DNA of 33,915 bases, from positions 1 through 33,915 of the forward strand of contig NW_005434395.1 in assembly GCF_000315625.1 (NCBI RefSeq), in the 5' to 3' direction. Below the pieces are notes generated by a model that had not been told where the DNA came from, ran no database searches, and saw only the letters and a program-made list of their open reading frames with translations. Positions 11,613 through 23,510 of this stretch are shown here, piece by piece. Each line of letters opens with the position of its first letter. Position 1 is the first letter of the stretch. Both the position numbers and the translations under genes were made by a program. The DNA comes from Guillardia theta CCMP2712. Taxonomy: Eukaryota; Protista; Cryptophyta.

Positions 11613-13137
11613 CGAGGAGGAGGAGGAAAAGCTGACAAGGTTTCCCGTCTTGTTGGAGCTGAAGGTGAGAAACACGCGGGAATTCGGGGGCCCATCCAAC
11701 ATCCTTAAGAGTCTGTCCGGGGGGAGACCTGAGAGACTCGTCAAGGTGGTAGACGAGAAGCTCGCAAGACCTCCGACTGCCTCCTCGTCGATGTGCGTCA
11801 TCGTGTCTCCCGGTAAGATGCCCTTGGCTGCCACCGAGCCAACCTTGTGCTTGATGTGCGCGACTGCCGGCTTGCTCAAGGGACGCTAGGAGAGCGAAAG
11901 GGCCAGAGGGGATGAAGGAGGATGGAGCGAGAGCGAGGGAGAGGATGAATGAAGAGGAGCAGAAGGAGGCGAACCTTTCCATTCTCCGTTGACACTCTGA
12001 AACCCAAGACCTACCGACGGGGCCTCGTGGATCAATCCCTCCTTGATCTGCGAAACCCCTTCATCCCTCCAATGCCAGCACATCGACCAGCTAGCAGGAG
12101 AGGGCGAGGCAGGAGAGGGCGAGGCAGGAGAGGGCGAGGCAGGAGAGGGCGAGGCAGGAGGGGGCGGTCAAGAAGTGTGGGGAAGAGGGAAGGGGGGAAA
12201 GGGGAAGGGGAGGGGAGACATTGATGATGAAGAGATGGGGAAGGGGAATGAGGAAGGAAAAGGAGATCGAGTGGAAGTAGGATTAGGAGTGGGAGGAGGA
12301 GGAGTATAATCACCTTGATGAATCCAGCATGCATAAGGTTGGGCTCTACCTCATGAAGAAAGAGCCCAGATGAGATGTTGACTTGTACATTGCCGTTGGT
12401 GGTGTCCTGACGACAGCATGAAGGCGTTAGTCTACAACAGCTTCACGTTCTCCCACCAGGTCGATGATGGCGCTGCGATCGCTCGGCAGTCGCAGCAGGC
12501 TCGATTCCTGACAAGGCATGAGGAGACGCAAAGAGCTGGATCTTGTCGGTCTTACTCTCTCCTCCCACTCGTCCGAGATCTTCTTTTTCATCCTTTGCTG
12601 CATCAAGACGCCATGTACCCTGTGCGATATCTGATCACCTGAAGTCCGGTACGTCCGACCTCCCCCAACTTGTTCCTCTCCCTCCCCCTTACTCTCCTCC
12701 TCTCCTCCTCTCCTCTCCTCCTCTCTCCTCCTCTCCTCTCACTCCTCCCTCCCTTGCCATCCTTGCATGGCCATTTAGCGACTGCCGTTCAAAGGAAATT
12801 TTGACTTGTGACAAGCACCCTCATCCCCACTCATCCCTCTTTTTGACGACAGACGCTGGACAGACGCGTCCGAAGACCTGCGTCAAGACGGACTCCGACG
12901 ACATTCTGTCGCAATTTTTCTTTCATCTTCTTCACAAGCTTGGCATGCTTGACCTGACTCCACCACGTCAGTCTTGACGGGGAGGCTGACGTGGAGGCTG
13001 ACGTGGAGGCTGACGTGGAGGCTGACGTGGAGGCTGACCTCAACTTGACTGACGTCACGGCGTTGAGACTGACGTGAGGGCTGCTGGTTCAGATAGACGA
13101 GGCGAGAAGGCGAGTGAGCTATCAGCCTCATGTTCAT
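6857..13137 (-). CDS. Large multi-exon PDZ-domain protein with charged single-alpha-helix, long coiled coil and C-terminal EF-hand-like helical region; 5' end tentative
   Basis: The spliced PDZ reads SVGLGFQSVNGEWK|VAHIKHKVGSVAAKGILPGDTMTHIDEEAVG|GLPPDRLLRMLDGPPNSRVFLTF...VRCLEVTR (about 12030-11350). It is followed by the E/R-rich exon 10380-11100 and coiled-coil exons at about 9900-10290, 9467-9796 and 7860-8898. The gene ends EEALQAFWE|VIESRHGGDEQDPQIT|FSEFKEIVKRLMT* (stop 6857-6859). Confidence 0.7.
8998..9430. mobile_element. Probable insertion (partly gap) inside intron 8899-9466
   Basis: A compositionally distinct segment flanked by the direct repeat GGAGGGGAAGGTA (8985-8997 and 9448-9460), each copy preceded by a (GGA)n tract. 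Confidence 0.4.
10480..10612 (-). repeat. 24-nt coding tandem repeat (RRREEEDK x about 5)
   Basis: CCTTCGTTTATCCTCCTCCTCTCT-like unit repeated in frame within ORF 10305..11084. Confidence 0.9.
11423..11612. repeat. Compound (GAC)/(GAT)/(GAA) microsatellite, intronic
   Basis: Directly visible. Confidence 0.95.
12983..13038. repeat. 12-bp tandem repeat GGAGGCTGACGT x about 5
   Basis: Directly visible; lies in a predicted intron. Confidence 0.92.
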
Positions 13138-13379
13138 TACCAACTTCTAGCCCAGGTTGAAGAGAAGCAGAAACGATCTAAACATGCAGACTAACTGATC
13201 CAAACCTTCATGATTTACTGCACTTTGCTTGACAGAGAGTGCTAATGTAGCAAGGGTGCAATTATTCAGTGAAGTTTAGCATGAAGAAGAAATAATTTCA
13301 CTTTTGCAGAGAATGGAAAATAATGTACAAGCCATTGCTGCTGCAATGGTTGCATAGCAACGATCCGATGTAGATAACT

Positions 13380-14553
13380 TTAAAATTCAGAATCGTCGCC
13401 GCCCATACCCATCAGAAAGTTTTCATCTTCGTCTTCGAATCCTCCTCCATCATTCTTAGCAACAGTCTCTCCCTCATTCTCTCCCTCAGCAGCTTCACCG
13501 CCCTCCCCCTCGCCTTCGCCCTCATTCCCATCCTCAGCTGTAACAGCGTCATTCAAGCAGTGGGAAGCATCAAGCAGTTGTCAACCTTGCATAGCTGCCT
13601 TTCTTCCGCCTTCAAGCAAGTCAATCGCAGTGAATTGATGTGAAGAGACCTTACCTTGCGTTTCTCTTCCATCTCGAGGATTTCCTGCATGAGCATTGCG
13701 TTAGTCAAGCTCTACCGCAACTCTTTTCACAGCCTTCACCTTCTCACGGATGGAGGGCAGCCACTCCCACTTGCACCTCTTGACACCCTTAGCCATAAAC
13801 TTCAATGGCAGTTTTTCTTTCATCTTCTTCACAAGCTTGGCATGCTTGACCTGACTCCATCAATCACCCACTACCTACACAACCAACCCTTACTCGTTGA
13901 GCAATGAACAGTTTCGTCTTTGACTTGGTCCAGAAGTGAAAGACCTAAAAGAGAGAAGGAACTGTTGTTACATAAATCGAACATGGCAAAAACTGGAGAA
14001 TACTGGTTTCTTTCGACCCTTTGCACTACCCTTCATTGAGATCTTTGGCCTTTGCTGCAGAGCAGGGCAAAGTCAGCTGATCGGGGAGCTATGGAGTCAA
14101 GACAGCATACCAGCTCGGGTTTCTTGATCTTGTTGAACCATCCATCTTTGGGCAGGTTGTAGCTGGGCTGCTTTTTCTTGAGCGACTTCTTCTTCTTGAC
14201 ACCATTACTCCCTGCCAGCGTGCGTAAGACACACGTGGACCAAGAGGTCAACTACCGAGAGAGCGTGATCGACTAGCGGATCCCTTCCGCTTGTTTGACG
14301 CTGATCTTTTCTGAGCTTTGATGCCGCCTCCTCTCAGGTTCAGTCCCTCTCCACTATATCCGAATGCGGTTGTCGTTCCGCTGGCCTCCATCATGATTGC
14401 CTTCGCTTGAGCTGGAACGTGAGCAGCCTGGAAGGGGCCGATGGAGCTTCCTAGTCCTTCCGACAGGCTAACAACTATCAGCATGCTACACATGCTCTTC
14501 AGCGCCCATGCTCTCCCTGCCCCCCTCCCTTCCATTCCCCTCCTCCCTACCAT
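13380..14553 (-). CDS. Hypothetical protein: signal-peptide-like N-terminus, LRGG motif, Lys/Arg-rich body, acidic tail (8 exons)
   Basis: The model stays in frame across GT-AG introns: ...WALKSMCSMLIVVSLSEG...LNLRGGGIKAQKR...|SNGVKKKKSLKKK...KPEL|QRPKISMK...|VFHFWTKSKTKLFIAQR|VKHAKLVKKMKEKLPLK...|EILEMEEKRK|AEEKAAMQ|AEDGNEGEGE...GGDDSEF* (TAA 13380-13382). Confidence 0.75.
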
Positions 14554-15622
14554 GGTTGCCACCAACCTCAAATCTAGCACCCCCTTGCTCACCACCCATC
14601 CCCCTTATGCAATCATGTACCCCAAAATTCATCATCATATACCCCTACCTAAGACTCTCAATTTACCACCTTGATTATACCACCCCTCTAAATGGATACC
14701 CCTACCCTGCCCTACCCCCATTAGTGCGCACAAGGGCAGATAGAGAAAAGATCCGACGTCCTCCGGGCCGGGCAGCGCCGGGCCTAAAGAGATGGCGGCC
14801 TGTTTACTCAAAGTTAAGTTAAAAATCAGTACGAGGACACTCCGACTACACCGTGGCACTGTGACTAGCCTGGTCAAGCCTCCTCGACTCTCCTGATTGT
14901 CCTCGTACTGATCTCACGGTCCGACAGTCACGGTCCGACACGGTGGCACCGCCGGGTGGCGCAGCGGGCCCTGGGTCACCGGGTGGCCCGGCCCGGGTGG
15001 CGCCGGCCCGGCAACTGGGCGGGAAAGGGATGGAGTGAGCGGGGATGAGGTCCATAGTTGTCTCTTTTTTTGAATGAAGGCCCAACCGCAGGGGGCTCGT
15101 GGGGGTGGGGTAGTCTTGTAAGGGGTACTTTTATGGTGTGAATAAGGGGTACATTGAAGGGAGGACGAAGGAACGGAGGGTAGAGAGTTGGAGGGAGTTG
15201 GTACCAGGACAACTGAAGGGAATGCGAAGAGATGGCTGAGCGTTAGAAGCGAGAGGAGCGAAGATGAGCCAAGACATGGCAGAGAGAATGCCGCAAGAGA
15301 TGCAGAGACAGAGGAGAGGAGAGGAGATGTGAGGAGAGATGGGAAGAGAAGTGAGGAGCTGAGACGAGATGAGACGAGACGAGACGAGACGAGAATGGAT
15401 CAGAGGAGAGGAGAGGAGAGGAGAGGAGGTTAAGATTGGAGGGGAAGGAAGGCAGGAGGGGTAAGACAAGGAGAGTAGGAGAGAGAAGGGAGAGGATAGA
15501 AACGTGGACAACGAAGCTGACGATTAGTATTTTAATTTTATGGCGATGGATATGTCGTGGAAACAAGCTTACAACTTTGCTTTGATCTCAGGTCTTGTTG
15601 CTGAAGTGATCAACGCATAACA
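14554..15622. promoter_or_regulatory. Divergent intergenic region with a GC-rich CCGGG core and GGGGTA(C) motif clusters
   Basis: Lies between head-to-head genes. TACCCC motifs at 14617-14715, CCGGG-rich sequence at 14760-15012 and GGGGTAC motifs at 15105-15205. Function is inferred from position only. Confidence 0.35.
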
Positions 15623-17570
15623 ATGTGGGGTGCTCGCTCCAACTATGAAAGAAAAATGGCTCAGAACTTTTCTGAAGATGTGAGACGGGCAGAGTTGGAG
15701 TCAAAGATGAATCAGAACAAGATTCTGTTCGGTCAGGCGACACAAGACGAGCGGGTGATGAACCGACGACGAGCGCGGAAGGCGGCTGAAGAGGCTCAAG
15801 AGCGAGAGCTGGAGGAGAGGTTGAAGCAAGCAGCCGTGGTAGAGAAGCAGAAAGCCATAGCAGAGAAGGAAGCAGCTCTAGCTGCAGAACTGGAGCGAAG
15901 AAAGAACGATGCTCTACGGTCTGAGAAACTCCTTGAGAAGGTCAGGGCGGAGGCTCCTGAACTTCGTGAGCTGGAGCAGCGATTGAGAGCAGCGTACATG
16001 AACCAGGAACGAAGAAAGCAGCTGCAAGAGAAGCTTGTCATCGAAGAACAAGAGCGAGAGCGACAAGCCATCGCCGATCTTCACATGGAAGCTGCTCGCA
16101 TCCGAGAGATTCGGGTAGAAGAAGCGAAAGAGCAGCAGAGGAGGAACGAGGCACTTGCTGCCAAGCAAATCCTCAAGGAGCAGATGGCAGAGCAAGATGA
16201 AGCCAAGGCTGCAGCGTATGCAGAGTTCATCAAGGAGAAAGCGATGGTGGATGAAATCATCGCAAAGATCATGGAGGAAGAGAAGCAGGAAGCGCTTGCA
16301 AAGATGGCAAAACGCCAAGAGACCAGAGAATACATCCAGAGGTGCGAGGGAGTCTTCTAGAGTCTGCTAGCTTTGCTGATTGCGTGCCTTCATGGCAGGT
16401 ATCTTGTCGAGAACGAGAAGATCAAAGAGGAGGAGAAACGGCGGCAAGAGGAGGAGGACCAAGCGATTCTGCGCTATGCGGAGGTCTTGTTGTCGATAGT
16501 TCCTCTGACCCTCCGTTGACTCCTCTCCTTCAGGCCGTTCGAGCAAGAGAAGGAGCAGCAGCTGCGCAAAAAGCTGCGCAGGAGGAGGAGAAGGATAGAA
16601 TCTTCCAGAAGATCTCCAAGGACATTCTGCGGAGACAGGCGGAGGAGGAAGAGATGCTCGAGCTGCAGATCGAACTCGCGAACCAAGAGGCGGAGGAGCG
16701 AAGAGTGCTGGTACCTTGTCCTGCCTCTTACTATTCCTACCTGATGACGTTGACAGGCGGACAAGGCTGCTCTTGAGAAGAGATTGAGAGACAGGATGGA
16801 GATGATGGTCCGTCCTCTCCCACTTGCTCCCTCTCCTCTCTGACCTCCTTCCTACCCTCCCTCGCTCCTTGCCCTCGCTTTCTCCTTTCCTTGCTGCTCT
16901 TCCGTTTTGACTCACGGTCTTTGCCTATCTCTCGAGCATCACTGAGTTCCATGATCAGGCAGCCAACGAATACCAGAAGAAGTTGAAGCTGGAGAAGTTG
17001 AAGCAGCAAGAGGTCGACCCTTGTATCTCCTGTCTTGCACAGACTGAGAGCTCTTGCTAGGCGGAAGAAGAAGAATTCAGAAAGCGAATGCTCGCCAAGT
17101 TTGCCGAGGACGAGCGTATCGAGCAGATGAATGCGCAGAGGAGGAGGATGAAGATGCTGGAGCACAAACGCGAGGTCGAGCGGCTCATCGAGGAGCGTCG
17201 CCAGATGTACGAGGAGGAGAAGGAGGTGATGTACTCTGGTGGTTCGAGGGCGGAGGTTAAAAACGATGTCGCAGGCGGAGCTGGAGGAGCAGAAAGAAGA
17301 GGAGAGAAGAGCCCAGGTGAGGGCGATGCTTGTCTTGTCCTGCCATCGAGTGACTTGCTGCAGGCCCTGCGGGAGCTCATCGAACAAGAGCGTCAGCGCA
17401 TCTTGCGGGAAGCAGCAGGGAAGCTCGGGCTGGAGTACATGCCGAGGTGAGTGCATGGGAAGGGACGAGGAGGGAGAAGGGATGACGATCGGCGTGACAG
17501 AGGCGTACTGGCGTCCAAAGAAGATCTCGAGATGTTCAAAGCGGCTCAGCATGCCAACAAGTTCAGATGA
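15623..17570 (+). CDS. MNS1: Meiosis-specific nuclear structural protein 1 (ciliary microtubule inner protein, trichoplein/TPH family)
   Basis: Family motifs ELRELEQRLRAAYMNQER, MLAKFAEDERIEQMNAQRRRMKMLEHKREVERLIEERR and LIEQERQRILREAAGKLGLEYMPR|GVLASKEDLEMF. One long first exon then short exons; TGA at 17568-17570. Confidence 0.92.
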
Positions 17571-17687
17571 GAAGGATGACGGGAGAGCCCTTGGCTGGGA
17601 TACCATTACATCTGTATTCTTTCACCTCCACTCATGATACTTTTCTTGCTGTCCGTCTCCCCGTCGTTAACATCTGGTAGCGTCGAA

Positions 17688-18781
17688 TCAGCACCAGGAC
17701 ACGAGCCCAGTCTTGTAGAGCCCGGCGAGGGGATCGCACTTCTTCTTCGTCTTCTTCATCTGCGAAGGCATGGTCAACAAGAGCGAAGGAGAAGTTGAGG
17801 AGACGACATGGAGGGAAGAGACTGGAGGCTTCTTGTGCTCGTTGAGAACTCCATCCAAAGCGCTGCTCATGGAGTGCTTCACAGCACTGCGAAGGTCTGC
17901 CCCTTTCTCCTCCCCCTCCGGCTCCTCGTCCTGCTCATCTTCAGGCTTGTTGCGGGTGTGGTGCTGCTTGAGGGCGAGGAGCTTCTTCTTCAAGGCTGCC
18001 TTGCTCTTCTCGTACTTGAGGATGTCTCTGGGCTTCAGCTCTCGCTTCAGCTCAACGTCCACGTCCTGCTTCAAGTGCGAGAGCAGTCCGTCCTTGATCT
18101 TGGTCGACAGCTTCTGCGCGATTTCCTTCTGCTCCTCCTCCATCTTGTTCCTCTGCCTGCGCAGGATGCGAATCTTCTGCTGCTGCTCGCGCAGCACCTC
18201 CTTGAGAGGCTTCATCGTGCGCAGGAGCGCGGAAGCCACTCGTCGGCTCACTTGATCTTCGACTCTCCGTACGAAGGACGCCTGAGTCATGCCATGCAGA
18301 CCGAGTCTGTCCTGCCCCCCTCGCCCCCCGCTCTCCCTCCCCCGGCTTGTGCTTGGTGACACGTCAGAGGGGGAGGGTCCAGGCAAGCCGGAAGTACTAG
18401 GAGCAGAGAGAGATAAGAGGCTCGACAAGTAAGAGAGGAGGGGCAGCACCTGCTCATGCCAGGCACCGGCTGCCTGGTGTTGAACATCTCTTGTACTTTG
18501 TCTAGCTGTGCCTCCACACTGCAAGCGACTTCAATGCCTTCTCATCCTCTTCTGCCTCGTTCTCCTCTTTCTGTTTCTTTTTACCTGCTCGTCGTGGGAG
18601 CACTCGAGCTTTGTTTCTGCTTCAGAACGACGACATCTCCTCCATGTTGCCATGCCTGGGCATGTCTCACAATTGAGGTCTCATCCACCAAGCCATCGAG
18701 ATGGCAGGAACTTACTGCCAGGAGCATGATCCCTCCACAAACAGCCACGATGGCGGCGAGAAATCGAGCAAACGCTGACAT
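17688..18781 (-). CDS. Hypothetical protein with N-terminal signal/TM anchor and coiled coil
   Basis: MSAFARFLAAIVAVCGGIMLLA hydrophobic start. In-frame GT-AG introns lead to ASFVRRVEDQVSRR...EQQQKIRILRRQRNKMEEEQKE...CDPLAGLYKTGLVSWC*. Confidence 0.7.
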
Positions 18782-18789
18782 CTCGCTGA

Positions 18790-19407
<618 letters not shown>

Positions 19408-19444
19408 TAATAGCGGGGACGAGGGCAAGCGAATCTCCCACCAA

Positions 19445-21757
19445 ATGGCCTGGACGATTCAATTGCGATGGCCGGGAGGTCAAGCGACGCGTGAGGTGAG
19501 AGGAGGAGAGTAGGAGGAGGAAGGAGATGTAGAAGATGCGGGAGATGTAGAAGATGTAGGAGGAAGAGCTGTAGCCGACGACGAGGAGGGAAGGACAGGC
19601 GTGGAGTAAGGTTTGTTCGAGTATGGAGTTGGGATTCGAAGGATAGAACACAAATACTTCAGTTCATGAGAGATCCTCCTGACATCATGGCAGCTGGAAG
19701 CAGGAGGAGAGACTCCTGTCAAGTCTTTGAGAGCTCTATGCAGCCAAGTAGCGGGAGTAAGATCGCTTGCCCCCTCCCGCTCGCTGACGAACCCCCGCAG
19801 ATCTGCGAGGGCGAGCTGATCATCAAGGCGGGGTATCCTCCTCGCAAAGTCTCCGAGGCAAGCAGCGCGTGCAATGAGGAGGGAGGAAGAAACGCGGAGG
19901 TCTCGACCTGCTCTGCGCTCTTCAGTCTGAAGATGCAGCAGGAATTGAGCATCGAGGCAGTAGGAATCGTGAACAAGGACTCGTTGATTGTTGACCGACA
20001 AGCGTCTGAGAACAAGTTGACTGAAGGCAAGCAAGCACCTAAGGCTAGAGGCGAAGGAAAGAAGAGGAAGCAGCTTGAACCGCAGGTGCTCTCCTCCCAG
20101 CACGTGAGTTTGGACTCATCAGGAGCAGGAGCAGGAAGAGAGCAATGAGAGCGAAGTCTATCAGACGAGGAGCGGCAGGAGAACGACGTGCACGAGGTCT
20201 CCTCGCCTCCTCCATGTCGATGCGTCTCACTTGCTGGTCACACCTAGCGAGCGAATGGCGCAGCATATGAAGGAGATGAAGGAGCGTGAGGAAAAGCCAA
20301 CCCCCCCGCGCAAGTGGGAGCAGGTGGGGAGGGTCGATGAGAGTGCCCGCCTCACGGGGGAGCAGGGAGCCGCTTCGAATCCTCGCAAGCGCATGCCGGG
20401 CAAGGTGAAGAGGAAGAGCAGCTTGAACGCAGAGGCGTGAAGAGAGTGCAGGGACAACGACTGGACTCCTCCCTCGACTCCCCGACCCCTCAAGCCCCGG
20501 CAAGGCAAGAGCCTCAGGTGCCTCCTCCCCTCCCTGCCTCCCGTCCCTTCCCCCCGCTTCCTGCCTTCTCTCCCTGCCTTCTCTCCCGTCCTCCCTCTCC
20601 CTTCCTTATCTTCCTTCCTCCTCCCGGATTAATCAGGAGCTCAGCGGTTCGAGTCTGAGAACGAGGCGATCATACGAGGTGCTTGACCCGCCGCTCCTCT
20701 CCTCCCCTCACCTCACCTGCAGCTTCCCGCCATAAGCATACTCCAGCTGACGGCGAGCTACTCGCGCTGGGAAGCGGTGGCTTCACCTTTGCTCTGGCGG
20801 TGGCTGAAAACGTCCTGGGCAGATGTCAACGAGACGGAAGCGGCTCAGACGGCCATGGCGGCAGAGCTGGTAGGAGGCGAAGGTTGAGATGGTCACGTGA
20901 TGCTGTGAGGTCAGGTCAGCACGTTCGAGCCTGGGAAGAGCAAGAATCCCCTGCGAGTCTCACTGAAGAATGCGAGGGCTCAGCAGGGAGCGATTGAGAT
21001 GGCGGCAGATAGGTGAGGGAGGAGGAGGAGGAGGAGGAGGAGGAGGAGGAGGAGGAGGAGACGGGCATCCAACTGTCTGTCGCAGGATCAAAGCTGTGCT
21101 GAAAGGGGACGTGAACTTCATCGAGAAACAAGTTGACGGCATGTCCGCCAGTCTGCCGTTTCTGACGTTGGAGCTCAGGTGGCCCTGACAGGGGGAGGAA
21201 GGACCGTGACGATCATCGAGGTCGAGGAGGCGGCGGGCGCATGTCGCTCATGGGCCTGCAGGTGCGATGGAAGCGAGACGAGCACGAGGAGAGTGAGAAC
21301 ATCCCCAACTGGAGCCGCGAGGTTGTTGAGGGTGCGAGTGTCGAGCTGCTGACCTGCAGCAGGTTATGACCTTCATGCTGCGGGCGCTGCTACAGGACGA
21401 GGACAGCACGACGCGGGTCAACATCAAACCGCACAACATGGGTCTGTGCCTCCTCCTCCTCCTCTGCCCTCAACGCTTGCCCGCAGCCTGTGTGTCCCCA
21501 CGCGTCTTTTGGAACATCGTTCGCCATTGCAAGGTTATAAGTGCTTGCTGCCCCTCCCCCTCCCTCATCCTCCTCGCTTGCTTACCTGTTAGTCCAGGTC
21601 GGACCCAGCACCAGCTTCGAAGCTGCCTTCGCCTCCCTAGTCCCCGACGAGAAGTGGGACGTGATCCTATCGAGAAACCAGGTGAGGACAAGGTGCGAAG
21701 GGGCTGCTGGTGAACGAGGAGCAGGTGGAGCATCAGGAAGGCAAGTATCGCTTCTAG
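19445..21757 (+). CDS. Multi-exon protein with N-terminal UBX/ubiquitin-like domain and an unassigned C-terminal domain
   Basis: MAWTIQLRWPGGQAT..|LEAGGETPVKSLRALCSQVAG|ICEGELIIKAGYPPRKV...LSIEAVGIVNKDSLIVD has the GYPP loop of UBX/OTU1-type Ub-like folds. C-terminal exons give RVNIKPHNM|ACVSPRVFWNIVRHCK|...LVPDEKWDVILSR. The middle exons are uncertain. Confidence 0.65.
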
Positions 21758-21899
21758 TGGAGGAGTGTTATCAAGGTAAACATCCATGAAAGACAACCCT
21801 GTACTGTATTATCAATTGAAACACGCGACGACATGTGGCGATCCTGATACTATCGAGTTTGTCAACAATGACATCCTCCTTGTGCCCGAGGGCCCAATC

Positions 21900-23510
21900 T
21901 TACTTGTTCCTCTCAGCCTGAACCATGGTGGAGGCGATGAGGTCGGGAGAGAACATTCCCGTGCTTCTGCGGAGCATGGGGTAGCTCGAGTTGGCCTCGA
22001 GAGTCTCAATGACGTTGGGGTACATGGACTGAATCATCGCCATCTTCTCTTCCATAGCAGTGAACCTCTGCTTCTCGAGGGACCAGAAGTCAGCCAACGC
22101 CTGCTGCTGCTGCTGAGAGTGGCGCAGCTCTTCTCTCAACCGCTTCACCTCCTCGTCCGTTGAGTCGTGGCCGTTGGTCATGCTCTGCGGCAAGTTGCCT
22201 TCCATCCCTCGCTTCTGAAGTTCAGCCAACTTCGCCTCGGCTTTTTCTTTGGCGATTTGCATCTTGAGGATATCTTGCGTCAGCTCTTCTCTCAGGGCTC
22301 GCAACTCCCTCCCCGAGTCTCTTCGCTGCGCGTCCAGGGCTACTGAGAGATGGTTCCGCATCTTGTCGAGAGCCTCGTGCATCATCGCCCTCTCCTGCTT
22401 GATGCGGGCATCTACTGGACCCTCCTGCTTCACAGCCGAGCTCAGCAGGCGAATTTGCGACTCCATCTGCAAGAGTTTCAGACGCTCCATCTCGAGCTCT
22501 CTGCGCAGCTGATTGCTCTCCCTCAAGCTGTCGGTCAAGCTGTCGGAGCTCATAGCCAACCTCTCCCTCATCTCCTCGTGGGCCGACGCGAGGGACTGCG
22601 CCCTTTCTCGCAGCATCGCACACTCATGCAGGAGACCTTCATTTTCTTTCTTCGACTGCTCAAGCGCCAAGGTCAGGTCGTCGTTCTTCCTTTCTTCGTG
22701 TTCGAGTCTACTCCTCAACGAAGACAGCGCTGCCTCCATGTGCGAATACTGCTCTCCCCTCCCTTCGGGTGTGGGAGATTTACGGTCTGGGGTCGTACTC
22801 TCTGAAGCAGGCAAAGACAACTCCTGGATGGTCTCTAGCCCGAACCCCCCGAGGGCCAACGATGAAGGGTTGCCTGCTCCGGGACCGAGGACGCTGATCT
22901 CGCTGAACTTCAACTTGAGCTCCTCCTTCTCCTTGGCGACATGCTCCAGCGCCTCCCTTGTGCTCTCTACCTCCTCCTCCAAGTGCCGGCACGTGCCGCG
23001 GACTTGAATATTCTCCAGTGCTAGCTGGTTGATTCTGTCTTGAAGCTGCTCCACGATGCTCCTGTCGTTGGGATCCTTCACGTAGGCGTTCAACGCTGCT
23101 CGCATCTGCAGCTCGCTCTCCACCGATTCAGCCCGGCTCTGCTCCACCTGCTTGAGCTTCTCCTCGAGATTCAACACCTCCTCTCTCCGTGCTGCTAGCG
23201 CGTTGCTCGCCTTTGATAGAGCGCTCTCAATCTCCTCTACTTTTATCTGCTCCGCATCTGCTCCGCCAGCGCACACGGCCAGCCTGCCCTCGAGCTCTGC
23301 ATTCCTGGCTCTAATCTCTTCATTCTCAAAGAGCGCAGCACGCAGAGCCTTGGTGGTAGCGTCTATGATGCCTGTCAAGTCAGATGACGATCGCTTGTCC
23401 TTGAAGTCGTGCAGCTTGTCCATTGTGTTCGACCACGAGGGGGGCACAGGGTTGGGAGACTCTTCTGAGACGTCTTGCAGATCTAGTTGGTCGTGTGGAG
23501 GATGCGGCAT
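21900..23510 (-). CDS. Intronless coiled-coil protein (about 535 aa; start probably MPHPPHD, ORF extends to 23696)
   Basis: A 598-codon open frame with extended heptad-rich E/K/L/Q segments. Confidence 0.8.
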   Translation of the reverse strand: MPHPPHDQLDLQDVSEESPNPVPPSWSNTMDKLHDFKDKRSSSDLTGIIDATTKALRAALFENEEIRARNAELEGRLAVCAGGADAEQIKVEEIESALSKASNALAARREEVLNLEEKLKQVEQSRAESVESELQMRAALNAYVKDPNDRSIVEQLQDRINQLALENIQVRGTCRHLEEEVESTREALEHVAKEKEELKLKFSEISVLGPGAGNPSSLALGGFGLETIQELSLPASESTTPDRKSPTPEGRGEQYSHMEAALSSLRSRLEHEERKNDDLTLALEQSKKENEGLLHECAMLRERAQSLASAHEEMRERLAMSSDSLTDSLRESNQLRRELEMERLKLLQMESQIRLLSSAVKQEGPVDARIKQERAMMHEALDKMRNHLSVALDAQRRDSGRELRALREELTQDILKMQIAKEKAEAKLAELQKRGMEGNLPQSMTNGHDSTDEEVKRLREELRHSQQQQQALADFWSLEKQRFTAMEEKMAMIQSMYPNVIETLEANSSYPMLRRSTGMFSPDLIASTMVQAERNK

